From the NCBI GenBank assembly GCA_014728035.1, contig WJMJ01000059.1, forward strand, positions 32,001 to 96,000: a DNA stretch of 64,000 bases, in the 5' to 3' direction. The notes under the pieces are model-generated. The model saw nothing but the letters and a program-made list of their open reading frames with translations. It did no database searches and was not told where the DNA came from. The position numbers were made by a program, and so were the translations under genes. Shown one piece after another: positions 29,052 to 37,566 of this stretch; within the stretch, counting starts at the first letter, position 1; each line of letters opens with the position of its first letter. Source of the stretch: Promethearchaeota archaeon. GTDB lineage: Archaea > Asgardarchaeota > Thorarchaeia > Thorarchaeales > Thorarchaeaceae.

Positions 29052-29081
29052 TTGCCTCCAATTATCTGTTACTTAGTTTTC

Positions 29082-29282
29082 TCATGAAAACTGTTCTAGC
29101 TCTCTGGCAATGGGCATTAATCTTGCTTTTCCACCCCGAGGTTTGGCAAGAACTTTATCACATTTCAAACATTTTACTTCTGTACTAACACTACCAAATA
29201 TTATCTGTTCATTTTCGCAGTCAAGGCATTGGACCTTGATGAATTTGGATCGTGGTTGTTGAACTATTTCACCTTTCGTCAA
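29082..29282 (-). CDS. rps27e: Ribosomal protein eS27
   Basis: PRSKFIKVQCLDCENEQIIF...CLKC...PRGGKA. Confidence 0.95.
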   Translation of the reverse strand: MTKGEIVQQPRSKFIKVQCLDCENEQIIFGSVSTEVKCLKCDKVLAKPRGGKARLMPIARELEQFS

Positions 29283-29455
29283 TCAGATCACCAATCAGAT
29301 TATAATTTTGACTGTATATTGCTTAAAGATGCCCCAATGACGGGGTTCATATCGTCGAGGCTGGAATTCATTATAACTCTTTGGTAACGTTCACAGTCAC
29401 ATAACCTTATTCAAAGATTCACTCAATCAAATTTGATTTCAGTAATATGAATCTT

Positions 29456-29740
29456 CTATACCAGCTCTACTTTTTTCAGTCTGATACCCTTCTTTTGGGT
29501 GACGTATCCACATTCTCTGCATTTGTATTTGAGTACAGTCTTCTTGGTAGTTTTAGCGAATCTCTTTTGAATCGGTTTTGGGAAAGATCCATAACCTCTA
29601 GTTAATCTTGCTTGTCGGCGAGCACCCTCAGTCCTTGTTCGATTCTTTCCTTTTTTGTAAATGCTCACACTTTGTGTGGTGTATGTGTTGCATTTAGGAC
29701 AATATTTTCGCATCTCTTTCTTTACCTTCATGAGAATCAC
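29456..29740 (-). CDS. rpl44e: Ribosomal protein eL42 (L44e)
   Basis: YCPKC, RGYGS, AKTTKK, CREC. Confidence 0.95.
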   Translation of the reverse strand: MILMKVKKEMRKYCPKCNTYTTQSVSIYKKGKNRTRTEGARRQARLTRGYGSFPKPIQKRFAKTTKKTVLKYKCRECGYVTQKKGIRLKKVELV

Positions 29741-29798
29741 CGATTTGCGCCTGCGAACCCTTCTTGAAATCCTTATAATCCTTAGGACGTGGTACGTT

Positions 29799-30005
29799 TC
29801 ATGCTTGAATTAGCGCATTGATGTGTGCAATTACAATAGCTACAACTAGCATTGCTGCAAACACGAGTACGACAGTCGGGCCAACCTTGATTCCTGGTGT
29901 TTCATCTTCAAAGAATCGAATTAGTCCTGCTCCACCCGTCATTCCGCCACCGTCGCTTTTTGACGATCGCTTCTTCTTTTTCTTTCCGCTTTTCTTTTTG
30001 ACCAT
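29799..30005 (-). CDS. secG: Preprotein translocase subunit Sec61beta
   Basis: AGLIRFFEDETPGIKVGP followed by one TM helix. Confidence 0.92.
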   Translation of the reverse strand: MVKKKSGKKKKKRSSKSDGGGMTGGAGLIRFFEDETPGIKVGPTVVLVFAAMLVVAIVIAHINALIQA

Positions 30006-30532
30006 CTCATTTCACCTAAGAGGGTTCAATTAAATTTGATTCAGATTGGTTTTTAATCCTTTTGAATGAACGAGCTTTGGCGGTGTTTGTTTCTCCACTT
30101 ATGAGCTAGCTATCATACCAATGTGGTCATTTGTAAACATGTTGCGTATTGGTCCTAGCATTCCCAGTGAGATTTGTAGTATAAACTCAGATAGATATTT
30201 CCAGCTCACTCTATTAAACACCTATCGAATCAACAGATGTGAAGTGGATTTTTGTCATTTAATGAGTTCTAGTTTAGCATTTTTCTTCATTACACATCAA
30301 ACAGAGGAAATCGATACTATCGTCTGGTGTATAATATGAATAAGACAAATGACTTCCCCCCTCGTGGGTCTGATGGCCCCTGGTAAGAACAAGCCTGTGA
30401 ATACCCGCAAATACAACATTTGACATATACTTGAGTCTGGTTTTTTGGTTTTCAAGTTTGGTGTCTATTGATAATCCACAGTTGACAGAGTATCAAAATA
30501 CAGATTCTCTGCAACTGTGTGCCTCTACCATT

Positions 30533-30829
30533 TTATGGTTCGTTTTCACATTCACAAGGAGATTCTTCACAGCGTGAACAGGTATTTCGATATTTGTTCG
30601 CAAGTGCCTCTCCAATGTCAATATCAATTATGTTTGCTATCGAGCATAACCAAGCAAATACATCTGCAAGTTCATTTGCAATGTCTTTGTCTGGCAGTTC
30701 TTTCTGAATTGCTTCACTTAATTCTCCCAATTCTTGAAAAGTTCGCAATATTGTTCGGTCCAACCCTCTTTCTTTGTCTCTCTCAAGATATATCCGTTTC
30801 ATCATTTCTTGAGCATCTTTGGTGTCCAT
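30533..30829 (-). CDS. MazG-like nucleotide pyrophosphohydrolase
   Basis: ELGELSEA, ELADVFAWL, C-terminal CxxC-PCxC. Confidence 0.88.
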   Translation of the reverse strand: MDTKDAQEMMKRIYLERDKERGLDRTILRTFQELGELSEAIQKELPDKDIANELADVFAWLCSIANIIDIDIGEALANKYRNTCSRCEESPCECENEP

Positions 30830-30869
30830 TTAGAAAAAGCCCCCTGGGGGACCTGCGTATCGCAGGCCC

Positions 30870-32192
30870 TTACATGAATCGGAGGTGTTTATATGCATCA
30901 GTTTCTGTGTCAAACGCGTAGTGGACTTTTTGAAAGTCTTTTCTAAAGTCTTCCACATCTGCAGCTACTTTCTTGACATCTTCGCCTTTCACAACGACAC
31001 GATGCATAAATTCTGCAATAGCATCCATCTCTGACTCTTTCATTCCGAGACGGGTCATCTCGCTAGTTCCAAGTCTGATGCCGCCTGGCTTAATATAATC
31101 ACGTCCCATCTTTTTATCCCAAGGCAGAAGATTTCTGTTTATGACAATATTTGCTTTTTCTAGTTCTTCCTCGACCTTGCGACCATTCTTCATTGGGGTC
31201 TCAGATACATCTACTAGTACTTGATGTGATTCAGTGAAGCCTTTGTGTTCAGCAATGACACCCCATCCTCTACCATGGAGTGCTTCAGCTAGTGCTTTTG
31301 CATTCTTCAGTATCTGGGTCATATATGCTTCACCGAATTCCTGTAGCTCAGCTAAGACCACTGCCAAACCTGCTACATTGTGAAGATGATGATTACTCAT
31401 AAGACCTGGAAATGCTGCTCGTTTTATTTCGTCTGCATATTCGTTCTTTGAGAGCACTATGCCATGTTGTGGCCCAGGCATTGTTTTATGGGTTGAAGCG
31501 GTCATGATATCTGCACCTTCTCTTAGTGGGTCTTGGAATTTTCCTGCAGCTATCAGTCCTGAAACATGAGCCGAGTCATATCCTATCTTCATGTCGTATT
31601 CCTGAGCTATATCTACGAACTCTTCAACTGGATGTGGGAATGGAAATACACTTCCGCCAAATAAGAGAAATTCTACATCTTTCCCCTCTTCATACAGGCT
31701 TCTGATCTGCTTCTTGCTAGCGTCCACATCAATATTGAACTCCTCCTCGTCAAAGTCCCAGGTTCTTACCTTGTGTCCTCGTACAGCCCCTGCAGTCCCA
31801 CCTATGCTTCTTCTTGCATGAGAGATGTGCCCACCATGTGCTATGGCCATTGCCATCATTCGGTCCAAGGGCTTCATGAACGTTGTGTACATCATAAGGT
31901 TAGCAACAACACCCGATATTGGACGTACATCTGCGAATTCTGCTCGGAAAAGTTTCTGAGCTAGATCAATACAGATTTTCTCCACCTCGTCGATGTAGAC
32001 ACAACCTGCATACACTCTCTCACCAGGCCACCCCTCTGCATATCGGTCTCTAAAGTCACTCACAATAGCGGACCGTACAGCCGGTGACGAGATGTTTTCT
32101 GAGGCAATGAGATTTATCGTCTTACTCATCCAATTATCATGTTTTTCCAACAGGTCAAAAACCTGATCGTAAAGCTTCTTGTGATCGCTCAA
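30870..32192 (-). CDS. glyA: Serine hydroxymethyltransferase
   Basis: LIASEN, YAEG, GGHISH, STHKTMPGPQ, GIRLGT. Confidence 0.96.
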   Translation of the reverse strand: MSDHKKLYDQVFDLLEKHDNWMSKTINLIASENISSPAVRSAIVSDFRDRYAEGWPGERVYAGCVYIDEVEKICIDLAQKLFRAEFADVRPISGVVANLMMYTTFMKPLDRMMAMAIAHGGHISHARRSIGGTAGAVRGHKVRTWDFDEEEFNIDVDASKKQIRSLYEEGKDVEFLLFGGSVFPFPHPVEEFVDIAQEYDMKIGYDSAHVSGLIAAGKFQDPLREGADIMTASTHKTMPGPQHGIVLSKNEYADEIKRAAFPGLMSNHHLHNVAGLAVVLAELQEFGEAYMTQILKNAKALAEALHGRGWGVIAEHKGFTESHQVLVDVSETPMKNGRKVEEELEKANIVINRNLLPWDKKMGRDYIKPGGIRLGTSEMTRLGMKESEMDAIAEFMHRVVVKGEDVKKVAADVEDFRKDFQKVHYAFDTETDAYKHLRFM

Positions 32193-32380
32193 TGTCGCAC
32201 TTCCTATGCTGGATGTCTGATGTCAGCTATAGTGACCTTCGTTATATCATTTCCGTCATGAATATAATATCAGAAAGATTAGTAGTATGGATTGTTTTTT
32301 GAATAACTTTCATCGTAGTATTACCACAATCTCTATAAACACAAAATGAGTCCACACGTTTTGACTACTATGTCTTCATT

Positions 32381-32514
32381 GGGCTAGTGGCTAAGCCAGG
32401 CATAGCGACAGGCTCTTATTCCACTCAGCGTCCGTTGAGGTGCAGAGAGACTTGTTGGTCGTGGGTTCAAACGCTATGAGATTTCCTCGGGCGGAACGTA
32501 TCCCACCTAGCCCG
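32381..32514 (+). tRNA. tRNA-Lys(CTT) with two introns: 37/38 at 32419-32449 and T-loop 58/59 at 32471-32499
   Basis: Acceptor GGGCTAG/CTAGCCC, D stem GCTA/TAGC, anticodon stem ACAGG/CTTGT, T stem GTGGG/CCCAC; BHB central helices CTCT/AGAG and GTTC/GAAC. Confidence 0.9.
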
Positions 32515-32676
32515 CCTTTCATACTTGTTTTTGGAACTGTAGTCAAGATGCTGATTCTGAAATCATCATGATGGTATAAAATCGGCAAGTACCGAAATTA
32601 TGTTCGTTACCAAATGAAAGTATATATTGTGCGCTTCCACACCATATGAAAATATCAATGAGAACTTTGAGGTGAC

Positions 32677-34311
32677 ATGATGAGTACTATTATTACAAGT
32701 AACAAATACTTTGTTTCAGTATTAATCATAACGATAATCTTTGCTGGTCTTACCTTTGGAAATCTTCCGAGTCCGGGAGTTTCAGCAGGAAGCCAAACAA
32801 TTGATGGTGTTACATACAATTTTGCAGACTATGGCCAATTGAGCCATGAACAACTTGCTCTATTCAATTACTTGGATACTATTGTCAGTTCAAAGTACCA
32901 AGGTTATGGAGAATGGGATGGATGGAATGCTGAAGATTTCCATGGTCTACACCACTATGTCATTGCCTTCATGAGTTATGCTGTTGCATCTATGTTCGAA
33001 ACGACTCCAGGATATCGTACATCATACTATCAGAATTTTGCGTATGACTTGGTCAAGAAGATGAATACCACAATTGACGATTGGGGCAATTCTTCAATCG
33101 AATATAAAGAGTGGGCTCATCCCGACTTTGATTTTACAGAGTATTACTATCCCAACGTCACCAATCCTGATGGAGATGACATCTATACAGGTGGATTTCG
33201 TGGTCCTGCAAACATTATGTGGACTGGTCATTATGCCTTGATGGAAACCTTGTATGAACGAAACTTCAACACTGGAGAGTTTGTTGATGAGATATCTTGG
33301 TTCATAAATGACTGGAATATCTCTCTTCTAACTGATGGGTTCGGTAATCCAAAAGAAGGTGGTATCTGGGGGGTTGGAATTATCCCTTGTGAACCCTACA
33401 TTGTCTTTTCACAATGCAATTCTATACCGATGGTTGCAACTGGGTTGTATGATAATCTCTATGCGACTGACTATCTACCAATGTGGGATTATGGCCTCAA
33501 CTTCATAAACACAGTGATGCAAGATGAGAACGATCTATATACTGATGGATATTTCATTCAAGAGCCTTTAGGATTCGTCTATGCTTCAACTGGAACCCCA
33601 CAAGAGTTTCCTGGACCTTCACTTGATCCATCTGCTGGATTACCTAAGGTGTCTTCATATGGAATTTCATGGGCATTAGCTTTCTTGGATTATTTCCAAC
33701 CAGAAGTTACTATAAATGAGTATCCTATCTTTTTAGAGAAATTCGGGCAAGAGATCTCTGGCAATCTGATGTATATGATGGACTCGTATCATCATCCCAC
33801 TGATTTTGGCACATACGAGCTTCTTGGTTCACTTTTCACAATGCTTCTGGCAAATCAGGTTCAAGATTATTCCACTCGTAACAGACTGATGAATTTCCTA
33901 TATGACTTGTACAATAAGATATGGTCTCCCGATGGTAGAACAATGTACTTTGACACAAGCTCACTTGAACCATTTCTCCAGTCGGTATTGGCTTTTGGAT
34001 ACATCTGGGCAAATAATGAGGTTTCCATCAGAGATTTGGTGGATTCCAGACAAAACGAGTTTTGGGACTACCCGTATATTAGCGAAGCGGATGACTCTCA
34101 TATTTGGGTCTATCAGGCTGAATGGGATGAATCCAAATCTGGCTTCATACTAAATCTTCGTGTAGACCAAACAGCGACATTGACTTTTGCCAATTTCGAC
34201 CATGCTCCTCATGCTTTCTTGGGTGGTAATATATTTTCAGAGCTTTCAGCCACATCCCAAGGGTACGAGCTAACATTGAATCCCGGATTATATAATCTGG
34301 TGATAGTATAG
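32677..34311 (+). CDS. Secreted or membrane-anchored linalool dehydratase/isomerase-like protein
   Basis: N-terminal hydrophobic segment; YVIAFMSYA, NIMWTGH and CEPYIVFSQCN...YDNLYATDY match LinD motifs as recalled (NIMYKGH, CEPDNYFVQCN...YDRLHGTDY). Confidence 0.8.
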   Translation: MMSTIITSNKYFVSVLIITIIFAGLTFGNLPSPGVSAGSQTIDGVTYNFADYGQLSHEQLALFNYLDTIVSSKYQGYGEWDGWNAEDFHGLHHYVIAFMSYAVASMFETTPGYRTSYYQNFAYDLVKKMNTTIDDWGNSSIEYKEWAHPDFDFTEYYYPNVTNPDGDDIYTGGFRGPANIMWTGHYALMETLYERNFNTGEFVDEISWFINDWNISLLTDGFGNPKEGGIWGVGIIPCEPYIVFSQCNSIPMVATGLYDNLYATDYLPMWDYGLNFINTVMQDENDLYTDGYFIQEPLGFVYASTGTPQEFPGPSLDPSAGLPKVSSYGISWALAFLDYFQPEVTINEYPIFLEKFGQEISGNLMYMMDSYHHPTDFGTYELLGSLFTMLLANQVQDYSTRNRLMNFLYDLYNKIWSPDGRTMYFDTSSLEPFLQSVLAFGYIWANNEVSIRDLVDSRQNEFWDYPYISEADDSHIWVYQAEWDESKSGFILNLRVDQTATLTFANFDHAPHAFLGGNIFSELSATSQGYELTLNPGLYNLVIV

Positions 34312-34322
34312 GCGGTGTAACT

Positions 34323-34940
34323 ATGTCTGAAACTCAAACAAAACAAAATGAAGAAACTAGTGATTCACCTTTCATTGAACGTTTTCACATAGAAAGTATT
34401 GAGATGCTTTCATTGACTATCTTATTTGGTCTGATTGGCTCGATATTGGTGTTTCTCTTAACATTGATTCCTTTCCCATATCAGACGATTTCTCTGTTCA
34501 AATTGGGTTTTGTATTTTCCTTGGCACTTATTGCGGTGATTGGTTCAATAAGAGGTCCTATCGCGGGTTTTCTATCTGGATATTTGGGTTTGATTCTCAA
34601 CGATTTCTTCATTGCTGGCACAATAGTCGGTCTGACCCTCCCAGCTGCATCTTATGGAGTTCTCGGATTTATTGTTGGGTTGGGAGTCTATGACTTCGAA
34701 AAAGGAAAATCGCTTGCAAAATTATCCATCATGTCTGCAATTGGTTTGGTATTTACTCTTTTGCTGATACTTCTTCTTGCATTGAGTTTACAGAGTTATT
34801 CTCTATTAGCTGCAATTGGATTTGTGATATTACCAATCGTAACTACTGGATTCCCTTCTGTAATTCTATTACCTCCGATTCTGGCAAGATTATGGCTTCT
34901 ATTCATGAATCGTTTCCTGCCTGATTTTGCGCCTGACTAA
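34323..34940 (+). CDS. ECF transporter S-component-like membrane protein
   Basis: About 200 aa, 5-6 TM helices, GSIRGPIAGFLSGYLG..LND signature. Confidence 0.7.
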   Translation: MSETQTKQNEETSDSPFIERFHIESIEMLSLTILFGLIGSILVFLLTLIPFPYQTISLFKLGFVFSLALIAVIGSIRGPIAGFLSGYLGLILNDFFIAGTIVGLTLPAASYGVLGFIVGLGVYDFEKGKSLAKLSIMSAIGLVFTLLLILLLALSLQSYSLLAAIGFVILPIVTTGFPSVILLPPILARLWLLFMNRFLPDFAPD

Positions 34941-34945
34941 TATTA

Positions 34946-34972
34946 GAGGGCCTTTTGGTCCTCACTTTTTTT
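34946..34972 (+). terminator. Hairpin plus T7
   Basis: GAGGGCC-TTTT-GGTCCTC then ACTTTTTTT. Confidence 0.65.
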
Positions 34973-35121
34973 GAATTTTAATCCAAAACAAAAGATTAAT
35001 TAACAATAGTTACTAGAAGTACGTTGAGATTGAGGTGTCATCGCAAATTTTGATGAATCTTATAGAATCTCAGACAATTATGAAATGATGCAGTTGCATC
35101 AGATGTAGAGGAGTCATAGAA

Positions 35122-35772
35122 ATGGAAACAGTAGAGGAACATAAACGAATGCTTCTGATTGGAGAACAGGTCCCCGATTTTGAAACCAATACCACCCATG
35201 GCCACATCAAATTCTCAGAGTGGGCCAAGGATAGCTGGGTGATTCTTTTCTCCCATCCTGCTGATTTTACTCCGGTTTGTACTACTGAGTTTATTGGATT
35301 CAGTGAGATTCATCCGGAACTGAAAAAACGAAACGTCAAACTCATTGGATTAAGTATAGATAGTGTATATTCACATATTGCTTGGGTTCGAACAATTAAA
35401 GAAAAAATGGGTGTAGATATACCCTTCCCAATAATTGAAGATTTGAGCATGGATGTTGCAAAGAAATACGGAATGCTTCATCCCGCACAGAGCTCAACTT
35501 CTGCTGTGCGTGCAGTCTTCTTTATTGACCCCGAGTTTAAACTTCGTGCACTGATCTATTATCCTTTGAGTAATGGTAGAAGTATGAGTGAAATTCTAAG
35601 AATCATTGATGCTTTTCAAACTTCTGACAAGCATGGCGTTGCGACGCCCGCAAATTGGGAACCTGGAAAAGAAGTAATAGTACCTCCTCCAAAAACCCAA
35701 GAAGCAGCGGAAAAACGCTTGGCAGAAGGATATGATTGCAAAGACTGGTTCTTTTGCAAGAAGAAACTATAA
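35122..35772 (+). CDS. Peroxiredoxin (Prx6/archaeal thioredoxin peroxidase type)
   Basis: HPADFTPVCTTE; C-terminal CKDWFFC. Confidence 0.95.
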   Translation: METVEEHKRMLLIGEQVPDFETNTTHGHIKFSEWAKDSWVILFSHPADFTPVCTTEFIGFSEIHPELKKRNVKLIGLSIDSVYSHIAWVRTIKEKMGVDIPFPIIEDLSMDVAKKYGMLHPAQSSTSAVRAVFFIDPEFKLRALIYYPLSNGRSMSEILRIIDAFQTSDKHGVATPANWEPGKEVIVPPPKTQEAAEKRLAEGYDCKDWFFCKKKL

Positions 35773-35887
35773 TCAAATAGGGGCGCAATGCCCACTTTCT
35801 TTTTTTATGAATCAATTATCTGAAAAGTAGCCAGACTTATAGGTAGCAATTTATCAGATTATTCCAATAGTCTTGGAGTGTCTTAGA

Positions 35888-36691
35888 ATGATATTCAATC
35901 CATTGGGTTCTGATCTTCAGATATTATGGGATTTTATTGCAACTTTTCTGTCCTTCTTGCTTGTACTTATTGTTGTTCAAATCAATGGTGCAATTCAGAA
36001 GAGCGGGAAATTATCAGCTGATATAACTCGAAAAATTGTACATATCTTTGCAGCACCTGTGTATCTAGTTAGCTGGATGCTATTCTCCGGTGGCTCCTTG
36101 AGTAGGTTCTTTGCAATGATTGTGCCTTTGCTATTCGTTATTCTTTTCGTTTCTATTGGTACTGGAAAGGTAGTAAATGAGGCATTTGTAGGTTCGATGT
36201 CTCGTTCTGGAAACCCTCGAGAGTTACTTGGTGGTACTCTCTATTACGCACTGATGCTTGTAATCGTAACTGTTCTTTGGTTCTATGTTCCATCTGATGC
36301 CCTTGGTAATCCAACTCCAATAGCTTTCATTGTCTTTGGATGCGTAGCTGGCGGCGATGGGTTGGCTGATGTTATAGGACGAAAATATGGTGGTGAGAAG
36401 AAATTTGGAATTGGTGGAGCTGAACGTACAGTAATCGGATCAATTGCCATGTTTATTGGATCTTTTCTATTCAGTTTCCTCTTAATTGCAATATTTTCAC
36501 TAGAGGTTGGATTTTCTATTACACTCATGATTCTTCCCGTTCTTATTCTTAGTATCGTTGCTACGATTACTGAGGCTCTGTCTCCAAAGGGGCTGGATAA
36601 TTGGACAGTACCAATTGTATTGGTTATTGTGATTGTAATTATGGGCTTATTCCTACCTACACTCTGGCCATATCCACTATTAACTATCTAA
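35888..36691 (+). CDS. CTP-dependent phytol/farnesol/dolichol kinase family protein
   Basis: TRKIVHI, MSRSG..RELLGGTLYY, GDGLADVIGRKYG, DNWTVP; multi-TM. Confidence 0.85.
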   Translation: MIFNPLGSDLQILWDFIATFLSFLLVLIVVQINGAIQKSGKLSADITRKIVHIFAAPVYLVSWMLFSGGSLSRFFAMIVPLLFVILFVSIGTGKVVNEAFVGSMSRSGNPRELLGGTLYYALMLVIVTVLWFYVPSDALGNPTPIAFIVFGCVAGGDGLADVIGRKYGGEKKFGIGGAERTVIGSIAMFIGSFLFSFLLIAIFSLEVGFSITLMILPVLILSIVATITEALSPKGLDNWTVPIVLVIVIVIMGLFLPTLWPYPLLTI

Positions 36692-36706
36692 TGAGGTTCC
36701 AACTTC

Positions 36707-37525
36707 ATGAGCTCTCACTTGACTGTCTTGAAACTTGGTGGCTCTTTGCTTACCGATAAATCCCATCCATATGTAGTCCGAGAAGACATCATTGCTTCAG
36801 TATCCAAAGAAATCAGGGAATGTATGGATTCAGGACTCATTCAGTTTCTTGTATTAGTTCATGGAGTTGGCTCCTATGGACACCCTCCTGTTCTTGAACA
36901 TAAACTGCACAAGGGATTTCTCGGAACTGAACAATTACTTCCGATTTCAAAGACTCAAGCGATAGTTGGCGAATTTCGAGCCCTGCTTGTGAAACATCTT
37001 CAAGAAGCAGAGATTCCCGTTTGCCTGATGTATCCTTCGTCTATGATAATTGCTGAGAAGATGAAGATAATTGATTTCTATCTAGAGCCCCTCAAAGCTT
37101 GGTTGAAGATGGGTACGGTTCCCCTTTTAGGCGGAGATATGCTTGTTGATACTGCTATGGGCTGGTCTGTAGGTAGTGGTGACCAAATGGCAGTAATCTT
37201 GAGTAAAGAATTGTGTGCCAAACGTCTTATCTTCGCGTCGGATGTTTCAGGAATCTATGAATCAGAACCAAAAGAAAACCCAGATGCTCAAATCATCCAT
37301 GAAATAAATTTGAATGAAGTTGACTCTATACTTGAGAGACTCAGCAAATCGGGTACAAAAGATGCAAGTGGTGCAATGAAAGGAAAACTACATTCAATAC
37401 TTCCTGCAAAAGACTTGATTGAGAATGGGCTTGATGTTACCATAATGTCGATGATGAAATATGGCACTCTAACAAAACTACTAGAAAATGAAGAAGATAT
37501 TGGTACGAAAATTGTTTCCAAGTAG
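36707..37525 (+). CDS. ipk: Isopentenyl phosphate kinase
   Basis: LKLGGSLLTDK, VHGVGSYGH (IPK His), SGD, DASGAMKGK. Confidence 0.88.
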   Translation: MSSHLTVLKLGGSLLTDKSHPYVVREDIIASVSKEIRECMDSGLIQFLVLVHGVGSYGHPPVLEHKLHKGFLGTEQLLPISKTQAIVGEFRALLVKHLQEAEIPVCLMYPSSMIIAEKMKIIDFYLEPLKAWLKMGTVPLLGGDMLVDTAMGWSVGSGDQMAVILSKELCAKRLIFASDVSGIYESEPKENPDAQIIHEINLNEVDSILERLSKSGTKDASGAMKGKLHSILPAKDLIENGLDVTIMSMMKYGTLTKLLENEEDIGTKIVSK

Positions 37526-37566
37526 TAAAAATAATCTGTTCTTGCTTATCTTCTCTCATTGAGGAG

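Noticed and set aside
30121-30339. 72-aa ORF in the large intergenic gap
   Set aside because: No recognisable motif or SD; atypical composition
32391-32588. 65-aa minus-strand ORF
   Set aside because: Antisense to tRNA-Lys
35122-35772. Possible selenoprotein peroxiredoxin or SECIS element
   Set aside because: The catalytic residue is a Cys codon, there is no in-frame TGA, and no convincing SECIS was seen
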